Below, piece after piece: positions 36,622-47,000 of a stretch of DNA of 64,000 nucleotides (position 1 is the stretch's first letter; each line of letters starts with the position of its first letter). The stretch comes from Myxococcota bacterium (GTDB taxonomy: Bacteria > Myxococcota_A > SURF-8). The stretch spans positions 1,824,001 through 1,888,000 of the forward strand of contig CAXXQS010000001.1 in assembly GCA_963674735.2 (NCBI GenBank), given 5' to 3'. The notes under the pieces were generated by a model that had not been told where the DNA came from, did no database searches, and saw only the letters and a program-made list of their open reading frames with translations. The translations under genes were made by a program, and so were the position numbers.

Positions 36622-39600
36622 GTGACCGATTCCAACGACAATACCCAACCGACTCCGGAATCCAATGTGACCCCATCGTCCGATTTCAAAAGATCGTGGC
36701 CACGTCGTATTCTGAGCGTTCTCTTGCGATTTTTAAAGTGGACCACCATCCTGGTATGTCTTCTGCTCGTTCTTGTCGTCCTGCTACTCGCGTTTTTCCC
36801 GGCCAATTGGGTAAAGGAACCCGCCCTCGATCAAGTGCGCGCCCTGCTCAACCAGGATATCGAGGTTGACGATATCGGATTTTCGGCTTTTTCCGGTCTG
36901 CACTTGCGTTCTGTCCGACTCGGCCCCCCAAAAGGTTACACCAAGGATGTTTTCACCCTGAAGGAGTTGCGGCTCGATTACAGTCTGTGGAGCCTTTTGG
37001 GTGGGGAATTCGTCATTAACGAAGTTTTGATCGATTCGCCGCGCGCCCAAATCGAAACCATCGACGGCAAAATGAACGTTCAGGCCATGCTCGACAACAT
37101 GGCAACCAAAGAAACACCGAAGGAGGAACTCGAGCCCGAACCCGAACCGGAAATCGAGGAACCGGGCGAACCCTCCGATTTCAAAGTGATTCTCAGACGC
37201 TTCGCTCTGCAAAATCTCACGGCTTGGGTGGACGATGGCAATCATGTCATCGACTTCGACCATCTGGATGTCGAAATATCCGGCTTTTATAGCCAGATAG
37301 ACAGCCATTTCGACGTACACGTCGGCATCCAGGGGCAAGAACCGGAAACGGCCAACTTATTGTTCTCACAAAAAGATCCCCTCCCCGTCGAAGCGGAAAT
37401 TCTGTTAGCGTTGGGGATCGATATCGCCGCCGACCAAGTCATCACACCCAAATCCACAGTGGACGTGAATCTGCGCGTGGCCACCCAAAAACTCGAAACC
37501 CAATGGCCACTCGATCCGGTGGATCTAAAAGTGGCGCTCAAAGCCACTGCCGACTTACCGGAAGACACCGCGCAAGTGGAGTCTCTCAACATTCATTTCA
37601 ACGATACCCTGCTACTCGATCTACAGGCCGGACTTGTCGGTTTGATGGAGCAAAAGCAGGTGGCGCTGCTACTTAAAAAACTCGATCTACCGCTCGATTT
37701 GTTCGCCCCTTATGCCAAAGCCTTTGTCAAAGATGTGGACTTCGGAGGCCATATACGAATCGAAAACCTGGATGTCAAAGGCGATGTCCCCAAGCTGTTG
37801 GCCCAAGGCCTGCCGGATCTGAACGGGGTTCTGCTTATCGACGAAGTTTGGGCCGACTATGGCCCGGCCAATGCAAAGTTGAACGGTCTCAACCTCAAAC
37901 TCGATCTACTGACCCGACCCGTGGAAAACGCCAATGGTCTTGAAGAACCGGCACTTTATGCCGGGGGATGGCTCACGCTGAAATCAGCGCGTGTACCGCA
38001 GGCGACGATCCGAAATCTGAGGCTGGATCTCGACACCCGTGCCGATGGTCTCGCTATCGAACAAGCCTTGGCCAAAATCAAGTTGGCGATTCCGACTATT
38101 GAAGTCGACGATCCCGGTATCGGACACGCCGTTCTCGCGTTTTCCACCGACATCGAAGCGGGGGGCAACCTGGCGGATGGACAGTTTACGGTCGATCATG
38201 TGAACGTCAACATCTCCGACACGATCAAGCTGCACGTGGACGCCGATGCCCAATTAAACATGGAAACTCAGGCCATCGATCACTATCGGACCGCCATCCA
38301 ATTGCAACCGATCGACTTCAAAAAAGCGCTGGCGCTTGTCCCCAGCGGTATTCGCAAACAGATACCCAAAATGAAACTCGCTGGTTCGCTTGGACTGGAC
38401 GTCAAATCCGAGGGGCGCATCCCGGCTCAATTTTCGGATCCCATGGCTCTACCGGTCACGCTGGACGCACTGATCACGTTGGCCGACATCAACCTCGACT
38501 ATCCCGACCAGCAACTCACCATCCACAATTTCGGCGGCACACTGCAAGCGAAAGGAAAGCCTGCGGATATGGCGGTCACCGGATTGTGGACACTCGCGCA
38601 ATTGGACAAGCTCGATCAGTTTGCCTCGCTTTCCGGCTTGCGCATCCCACTCGACATCCGTGTGACTCCCGAACAAGCCAAATTGGATATGGGCGTCCAA
38701 ATCGACCAATTGAAGAAGGAAGATCAAGCCGCCAAGATGAACGATCTGGCGCTATCCGTCAGCGCGACAGCAAACGGCAAACTGCTCAAACAGACATTCG
38801 ATAAGCTGGCGGGACAAATCGATCTGACTATCGCGGATATCATCTACGCCAAGGAAGTCACAACTAAAATCCAGGATGAACACATCCGAGTTCGATTCGA
38901 TTACCTGCAAAACCGCAAGACCGTTTCGTTATCCCTCAACCTCGGATTCGAGCAGTTAGAAGCCCCTGAACAGCAGGTTCGCTTGGATGGCTTCGATTTC
39001 ACCATCGATACCGAAGTGCAAGGAGTCGATATTCCTCTGGTTCCCAACCCCGACCAACATGCGGAACTCGTCTGGGTCACGCTGGCCATGGATCTGGCGG
39101 CAATCCACAAAAGCGATATTTTCAAAGAACCACTGACCGGTACCAATTTGCGCTCCAAACTGACCTTGCACGACATGCGCGATGCCGATCTTGAAACTTT
39201 CGCCTTCGCGATACCCACACTTGGCGTTCGGGTCGATATGAGCGGTAAGGTTTGGGGCATTCTTGACAAAAAGCTCCAACCCCCCGATTTTAAGACAAAT
39301 TTCCCGGAATTCGACGTGCAGTTGTTTGCCGGGCTGGATATCTCACCCAAGCGCCGCCTGATCGAAGGAATCGAAGCACAAGGTCTCGCAGGGATTCGCG
39401 CCCGCGCACGTTCCCTACCCGACAACTTCGCCCGCCTGGAAGGCTTCATCGTCGGGGAAAATTTCAGTTTGTGGCAAACATCCAAAGAAGAGCGCGAAAT
39501 CGACGATCCCGATCGAAAAGGAAAAACCATCAAAATTCCGGTGGAATCCCGCCTGCATCTCGATGACTTCGATGCCGACGTCCCGTTGATTCAGATCGTC

Positions 39601-40416
39601 AACCTCGAAACCTTGCTCCCGGTCGAAGCCAAGGGAAACATTTTCGAGGAATCCTCCCGCAACGTGCTTTACGACACCATGCGCACCTACTTAAAACAAC
39701 AGTCGAACTTCCATATAGAAGGTATTACTTTCACACAGAAAATCGACCAAACGAAACGCAAGGTTGAAATCGACGAAATAGCGATGGATATGCTTTATAC
39801 CGATAACACCTTCGCCATCAACCGCCTCTATGTGGATCTGCTGGGAGGTGGCATCTCAGGGTCGCTGCAAGCGCAGATCACGGCCATGCCACCGGCTCCA
39901 TTCGACATGCGTCTGCATTTCGAAAACCAGATCACCGGCGTCAATCTGGCCCGGTTGACCCAAAACGACCCATCCAAAGTAAGCGCCGAAACCGAATTGT
40001 CTTCCCTGGTCAATCTCGATTTCGGTTTACGCGACCTTTACGTGGACGGCCGTATCGATATTACCCGGCTCTCCCTGGCCCAGTTGGACAAAGTTCTGGC
40101 TTTTCTCGATCCAGCCGGAAAAGATCCGAGCGTGCAGCAAAACCGGGCTTTGATCAACAGCTGGTATGTCGACATGATCAACCCGCAGGTCAAGTTGGTC
40201 TCGATGTGGGTGAAGTACGGCAACTTGAATATGGATATTATCATGGACGCCTGGTTCTTCGTTGGCGACATCCTGAACAATACGCTTGAGAAAAGCCGTG
40301 TGCGCCGCCTCAACATCATTCCAATTTTGAAAGCTTTCATCCCAACAGCCGAAACAGACCCGGATTCGACAACCGAAATCGCTCAGTCGGGCTCCGGCGC
40401 GGGCGTGACCCCATAA
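36622..40416 (+). CDS. Large AsmA/YdbH-like protein
   Basis: Single N-terminal TM, AsmA-like start (LRLDYSLWSLLGGEFVINEVLIDSP), ~1200 aa of repetitive beta-strands, followed by a YdbL-like gene; GGAGGAG RBS before GTG. Confidence 0.7.
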   Translation: MTDSNDNTQPTPESNVTPSSDFKRSWPRRILSVLLRFLKWTTILVCLLLVLVVLLLAFFPANWVKEPALDQVRALLNQDIEVDDIGFSAFSGLHLRSVRLGPPKGYTKDVFTLKELRLDYSLWSLLGGEFVINEVLIDSPRAQIETIDGKMNVQAMLDNMATKETPKEELEPEPEPEIEEPGEPSDFKVILRRFALQNLTAWVDDGNHVIDFDHLDVEISGFYSQIDSHFDVHVGIQGQEPETANLLFSQKDPLPVEAEILLALGIDIAADQVITPKSTVDVNLRVATQKLETQWPLDPVDLKVALKATADLPEDTAQVESLNIHFNDTLLLDLQAGLVGLMEQKQVALLLKKLDLPLDLFAPYAKAFVKDVDFGGHIRIENLDVKGDVPKLLAQGLPDLNGVLLIDEVWADYGPANAKLNGLNLKLDLLTRPVENANGLEEPALYAGGWLTLKSARVPQATIRNLRLDLDTRADGLAIEQALAKIKLAIPTIEVDDPGIGHAVLAFSTDIEAGGNLADGQFTVDHVNVNISDTIKLHVDADAQLNMETQAIDHYRTAIQLQPIDFKKALALVPSGIRKQIPKMKLAGSLGLDVKSEGRIPAQFSDPMALPVTLDALITLADINLDYPDQQLTIHNFGGTLQAKGKPADMAVTGLWTLAQLDKLDQFASLSGLRIPLDIRVTPEQAKLDMGVQIDQLKKEDQAAKMNDLALSVSATANGKLLKQTFDKLAGQIDLTIADIIYAKEVTTKIQDEHIRVRFDYLQNRKTVSLSLNLGFEQLEAPEQQVRLDGFDFTIDTEVQGVDIPLVPNPDQHAELVWVTLAMDLAAIHKSDIFKEPLTGTNLRSKLTLHDMRDADLETFAFAIPTLGVRVDMSGKVWGILDKKLQPPDFKTNFPEFDVQLFAGLDISPKRRLIEGIEAQGLAGIRARARSLPDNFARLEGFIVGENFSLWQTSKEEREIDDPDRKGKTIKIPVESRLHLDDFDADVPLIQIVNLETLLPVEAKGNIFEESSRNVLYDTMRTYLKQQSNFHIEGITFTQKIDQTKRKVEIDEIAMDMLYTDNTFAINRLYVDLLGGGISGSLQAQITAMPPAPFDMRLHFENQITGVNLARLTQNDPSKVSAETELSSLVNLDFGLRDLYVDGRIDITRLSLAQLDKVLAFLDPAGKDPSVQQNRALINSWYVDMINPQVKLVSMWVKYGNLNMDIIMDAWFFVGDILNNTLEKSRVRRLNIIPILKAFIPTAETDPDSTTEIAQSGSGAGVTP

Positions 40417-40430
40417 ATGGAGGAAAAAGC

Positions 40431-41000
40431 ATGAGCTTGCAGCGGATGACTGTCGTCTTTGTTATCACGGCCATCACCTTGGCCACGTCTGGCTGTATCA
40501 GCCTGAAGATGGTATCGGTCGACGAAATGACCCAACTAGAAAACCAGATCCTGGGATCGTTCGACGAACTGCAGAAAGACATGGTCATGATGGCCTCGGT
40601 GCGCGGGGAAGCCCATGAAAAAGGGAAATTGCCGCCGGCCAAACGAGAAGCATTGATGGCCATGATGAATCGTCAGTTCAACCTGGACGACATCGACGAT
40701 CTCAAAGCTCGCGGAATAGCCGGTGAAGGACGAGACGGCATGCTGGCCTATTTCGATACCGAGCGAACACGAAACGATCCGCAATTCACGCAGCAAGCCA
40801 AGCAGTTGATCAAGCAGGAAAACCAAGATCGGATGATTATTTTGCAACGGGTAATCAATATCAACCCCAACCTGTCCAAGAAAGATCTCCCCGATCTCCA
40901 ACGCATGCTTTACAAGCTGAACGTGGAAAACAGCGCACCCGAAACAAAGATCCAGGACGCGGACGGCAACTGGAGCATCAAACCCCAACCCGTCGAATAA
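40431..41000 (+). CDS. YdbL/DUF1318-like lipoprotein
   Basis: Lipobox TSGC, LKARGIAGEGRDGML, ENQDR, QDADGNW. Confidence 0.75.
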   Translation: MSLQRMTVVFVITAITLATSGCISLKMVSVDEMTQLENQILGSFDELQKDMVMMASVRGEAHEKGKLPPAKREALMAMMNRQFNLDDIDDLKARGIAGEGRDGMLAYFDTERTRNDPQFTQQAKQLIKQENQDRMIILQRVININPNLSKKDLPDLQRMLYKLNVENSAPETKIQDADGNWSIKPQPVE

Positions 41001-41009
41001 GGCTTCCCG

Positions 41010-44000
41010 ATGCTTAATTCAAAATACGGATCTGTCTTTCGTCCGGCACTTACCACCTTGCTTCTAACCATCCTGTGCATAAGTTGCAGTGGGAAAGGCG
41101 GAAGTTGGTTCGGTCCCGATACCGTTCTCGACGATTTCACGCTGAAACCGTTCGAAACCGAAATGGGTCACCCCGTGGAACTGACCCGCTTCACCACCGA
41201 CGAAATGGGCGGGCATCTCAGTCCGGACGGACTGTTTCTTGTATACACCAGCAATCAAAAAGGAAATCTGGACATCTGGCTGAAAGACCTCACGACCGGT
41301 ATTCCCGAACAACTAACCGAACATGTGGCCGTCGATACACAACCGACGTTCAGCCCGGACGGCGAAAGTATTGCTTTCATTTCCATGCGTGACGACGTAA
41401 AGGGCGATCTCTACCTGATGGAAATCGGCGACGACCCGATAGCACTTACCGACCGCCAGACCGCCGACGCTTATCCCGTCTTTCACCCGGATGGCGAAAG
41501 CATCATCTTGGCATCCGGGCCGGAAGGTAAAACCCGCATTGTCCAGTTGTTCCTGGACCCGGAAGATCCCGCCAAGCGCATCCGCACTCTAACCGATCCA
41601 GGCGCGACCCAGCCCGCCGTGAGTCCGGATGGAAAGTACCTGGCCTACATCCTGCGCGGGAAAGATCGTATCAACCGGCTCGTCATCCAGCGTTTGTGGG
41701 ATAAACGCAAGCGGATCGTGACCCCGTCAGGCTATCACTGCGGTTTCCCAAGCTTTTCACCCGACGGAAAAAACCTGTATTTCGTCCAGTTCTACTACGC
41801 ACACCCCGACCAGCCGCTCTCGGGCAGCGAAAACGGCGTGATTTTCAGTATTCCTCTCAAGGAAGCCCTGCACGCCTCCGGCGACCGCCTGGTCACCCAA
41901 ACTCATCAAGTCAGTTCGGGGTGTCATACCCATCTATTTCTACAAGCGCATCCCTCGGGTTTGCTCTATACCACTGAAGAAAACGGTAACTTAGATATCT
42001 GGATGGAGTCGTTTGACGGCCGCATCCCGGAATTCGAAACTCCTGAGAAACAACTCGCGTTCGCCTTGGAACTGGAAAATGACTACGACCGCCTGCTCGC
42101 CTTCGAACGACTCAAGCGCTTCCCCGATTCGCTGGAGTATCGGCAAGCCCTTTATAAAAGCGCACAGTTGGAAAACAGGCGAGGTTGGTATTTCAAGCAA
42201 AAACATCACCTGCAAACTTTGCTCGATTTGCCGGATTCCTCGTCCGTCTGGCAAGGTCTCGCCGACGTCGATATGGCGGTGTGGGAAGCCGAAAAGACCC
42301 AAGGTCTGGCCGTTGAAACCGGTATCCGGCTGTCACCTGAAACGGTTCGCACCGCGCTTGAAAAACTGGAGCAACTAGCCGTAGCCGAACAAGCAAACGA
42401 AGGTCGAGTATCCGCCTATATAGCCTTGCGTCGTGGCGACATGCTGCGCCTGATCGATCGCAAACTGGAAGCCATGGCGGCCTATGAACGCGTGCTGCAA
42501 GGATTCCCGCGCCAGCGTGAAGAAGGGGTCCAGGCCAAAATCCGGTTGGGAGAAGTTCTCAGTCGCTTGGAAACGCACGATCTGCAGGTTGGTTACTACC
42601 TCACGGTTTTCGAAAAGTACCCCGAGTTCGAAAAATGGCAACGGCAGACGATCGAAAACATCGTCGACGAACTTCGGCGCGACCTCAAGCGCCAACCCAC
42701 CATCGAAAACCTGCTGAATCCACCGGAATTCGGTGAAAACCGCAAACGGATCCCCGAAGCCCAGCGACAGGAGCAAATTGCAAAAGGGAAATTCCTACTT
42801 GAAGAACACCTGGTAGACCGTCTGCGGCAGGTCATCGACTCGAATCCGGATAAAGCCCTTTTAGGGGCCGTCCTGCAACTGCGCGTCGGCGAAATCTACG
42901 CCAAACACCAACGCCTCGATCTGGCGATCCGCGCCATGAAACGTCTTCTGGATCATTATCCGGATCAACTCGCAGAGGTCACCACCGCCACATTCGCCCT
43001 CGGCCGTCACTCTCTTGAACTTTCCAAGCAGTTGCGCGCCCAGAAGCGCTTCACTGAGGCGGGCAGGTACTACGATGATGCTCTCAGTTATTTCGAGAAT
43101 CTCACGAAAGTTCTTCCGCCCAACCATGAAATGCATCGCCGGGCACAACAACAATTCATCGCCCTGGCTTTGTTGAAAGCCGCTCAGGAAGAGCAGGACG
43201 GCGATATCGAGTTGGCGAAAGCCAGCTACACGCGCATTCTCGCCTTCGACCCCAATGTGGTGCAAGCCCATCGCAAATTGATCGCTTACGGCGTCAAAGA
43301 AGGCCGTTACGACGAATTGGAAGATCGCTACGATGACTTGGTTGATGCCGACGAATCGAGCTTTATCGGGCACTACGGCCTTGGTTATCTCATTACCTTC
43401 CGCGAAGATTTGAGCAAAGGCGACCTAAAAAAAGCCGAGAAAGAACTCCTGTACGCCCTCGGCCTCAATTCACAAAGCCCTTATGTACACATGACGCTCG
43501 GCTGGGTCTACGAAATGCGCGAATTGTATCTGGGCGACTTCACTTCCGGCTGGATCGAAGAAGCCATCGACAGTTACGACAAGGCCTATCGCCTCAACGA
43601 TCGTGGCTCCGATTTGCAAACCGAAGCGGATCTTCTTCTGAATCTGGGAAACGGTTTCTCGCAGTTGGGTAACGCCTGGCATTATGCTCATCGTTTCTAC
43701 ACGGATCGGACTGAGTTGAATGTCGCGTTTCTGAGCGTGAAACGCGAGGCGCTTTACTATCGCAGCTTCGGACGCGCCGCGTTCAATCTAAAGCGCTTTG
43801 AGGAGGCATCCAGTCATTTCGAGCGTTCACTCGAACTGGCTCGCCGCCTCTATTGGGTCGATTTAGAAGCCGAGTTGATTGCCCGGCTGGCTTTGAACTA
43901 TCAGCAACAAGGGGATTACGACACCTCCACCGCCTATTTCGAAAAATCGTTGAAGATCTTCGAATCGGTCAATCAGAAAAATGCACTCGCGGCCCTCAAA

Positions 44001-47000
44001 CGGTCCATCGCCTTGAATTATCTCATGAAAGGCGAACGGAAAACCGCAATGAAAATGTTGGATGAAAGTCTGGAATCGCTGAACCGCCACGGGACACGTT
44101 CTCCGGGCGACTTCATCCGTTTGGCGTTGGCTCCCGATCGCTCTCTAGCCCCACGAGGTTTCGACAAACAACGGGAAGAAGAAGTCAACAATTCCTTGCG
44201 CAATCTGATCCTGGAAGACATGCAGCGGTTTAGCCAGGCGGCAGATCCCCTGCAAAAAAAGCTAGACACGCTGGAAACGATACTCGAAGAAAACGACGGA
44301 ACTTATCCCGATCTGCAGCGAGAGATTTCAACCATCCAGAATCGACAAGCACGTGCCCGCTTCGGCCGTGGAGAATCCATTGAAGCTCTGGATGCCTTCA
44401 AACAAGCCTACCTGCAGCTTGAGCGCATTCAATCCACCGAGCTCGATCCCGAGAGTCCGCAAATCCTGGCCGCCGATACCCCCGAAAAGCTCGACCCGCT
44501 TTTAGCCGAAGCCAGCGATGGTCAGATGATGTACGTCTTCTCGTCGACCGACTTCGAACGGCAGGTCATCAACGCCGTCTCGGCTGCCGAGTTGGTCTTG
44601 CGTCAGATCGCGGAAGAGCGCCCGGCATTGGAGCGCCGCATCCCGGAACTTGTCACACGCCTCGACCGCATGGCGGCTCGTCTGGCAGCAGCCATGCCGG
44701 AAGGTTCCGAGCCGGTAATCCGCCGTGATCTGCTATGGCGCTTTTATAACGCCTTGGGCTTGTTGTCTATGCGCTACGCCGCAAACATCGCAAACGCCCC
44801 CATACTCCCCGGGATGGACGCGGAAACGACGTTCAAACGCATGATGATCGAAGCCGAACACTTCACCAAAGGCTACCATCTGCTGCGACGCATTATAGAA
44901 GAAACCCCCCCGCCGGAAACGCTTGAAGATGCCGAACGGCCCGAGGATGGTGTTCCGTCCTTGATGCGCATCCGCAGCCATGTCCAGGCGCTGGTAAATC
45001 TATCCGAATTCCTTGCCTATTTCGAGGAATCCGGCAACTTGCAAAACCCCGAAACTCGCTCATCCCAAGCTCTCGCACAGGCACTGGACATCTGCCAAAA
45101 ATACGAACTGGGCGAGATTTGCCTAAATGCCCGCATGATCCAGGCGGAACGAAATCGGGACATCAAAGAGGCGGATAGAATCATCAACGCATACCTGCTT
45201 CTACCCGCCGATCTTCTCGGTGATGCCTACAAAAAGGTTTCCGACCCCGCCCGGCGTCGCATTTTTTCAGGCGCGATCGAGTTAGCACTTGAAGCCGATG
45301 ATTACGTCAAAACATGGACTTACGCCGAGCAGGAAAACAGACGCCTGATTCAGGACGAGATCTTCCGAACCCGTTATGGTGCGGCTGCACCCGAGCTTCG
45401 GAAAGCCCTCTCCGACATGGCAGCTATCGCGACATCTTATAGACAGCAGGTGGAGGGGCAATCTTTCTATGAAGCGGATGAAGCACGCCAAATCCGTCTG
45501 AAGAATATCCTTGATTTGAGAAAGGCTTACACCACCGCTTTTTCGAAATTACATGGTCTCTCTCCACGCTTCTATCGCCTCATGACGATCGGTAAGATCG
45601 ACGTTAACGGATCCAAAGACTTGTTGCGCAAAGGCGAATCTATTGTCTCCGTCCTGACGCACCGCGACCGCGTCCATCTGCTGCGGCTCGATTCAGACGG
45701 CGTGTCGGGGCGCCTACTGAAAATGCGACATCATGTCGTGAACCGCCATATCGATCGCTATCTTGATTTCGCCAACCCAGACGCGGATATCCGGAACAAA
45801 GCTCGGACCAAACTTCAGGCTGGACTCGTCAACGAACTATCCGAATTGATCCAGACACAACACCTGCTCTACCTGGATATCGACCGCCTCAATCCACGTC
45901 TTCCCATTCAATCACTGTTGCACCGGGTTGGCCGCAAAAACCTCCAGATCGTCAAGTTCGCCTCCTTGATGGGCTTGCACGAAAGTTATGAAAATCGAAA
46001 TCTTTACAAAAACAGCGGTCTGGTGACACTCGATGTCGTCAACGGCTATCGGGCTTCAGCCGCCCAAACATTGAAAGCCACCGCAAAGGCGACAAAAGGC
46101 TGGGAATTCGCGGTTACTCCGCAATTGACACTCGCCCAGACTATGCCGGTCATTGAGAAAAGCGGCATTATGTTCCTCAACCAACCCCTGGTTTTCGAGG
46201 GACAATCACCCGCCAATATTTGGCTGGATTTCCAGCCGGTGGCACTGGGGATGGGTCATTACTCGTTTGTCGAGAATCTCGATGGTTTGTGGCGTAGCAA
46301 TCTCGTGGTTTTCACCGATATTCGTCATACGAAACGAATCCGGGAAGAACGCCTACTGCTCGAACACTTCATGAATGCCTACCGCGTACCGGGTTTTGCT
46401 GTTTTGGACGCTGAGTTGGCCCCGACTCCCGCCATGGCTCTATGGTTCCAGAACGCGGCCGGTTTATGGCAGAATCATTCACGGGCGGAGGCCCATCATC
46501 TGGCCATATCCAAAACCCAGTTCCAAGCACCTTTCATCCTCGGCGACGGCATCCAGCTTTATGGTTATGCAGGCATGAACGCTGAGCAGGCGATGACCTA
46601 TGCAAAGCAATCCCTGATGCCGACCGTCAAACGGGCCATCGATTTGCAAAAATCGGGTTCCTCGCGTGCCGCCGTCGAACTGTACGAACAGGCTCTGACG
46701 TTCATTGATCACAGTGGCGAGGCGAAGTTCCTCGATAAAGTCCTCGACATGCTGATTTCGCAGTCGGCCAAAATCCAAGATTTCGAACGCGCCATCCGCT
46801 ATCAGAACCGTGTGCTCGAACGTGCGCAGACCGCGTTTGAAGCCGATCCGAAACAGATAGTGGCGCTACTCAACGCCAAAGAGAAACTCGCGGACTATCA
46901 TGCTCAGGCAAAGCAATATCCAATCGCACTGCGTTACAATCAAGAGATTCTCGACACCTTGCTAAAAGCGAGTCGCCGCAGCCTTTGCGCCCCTTATTAC

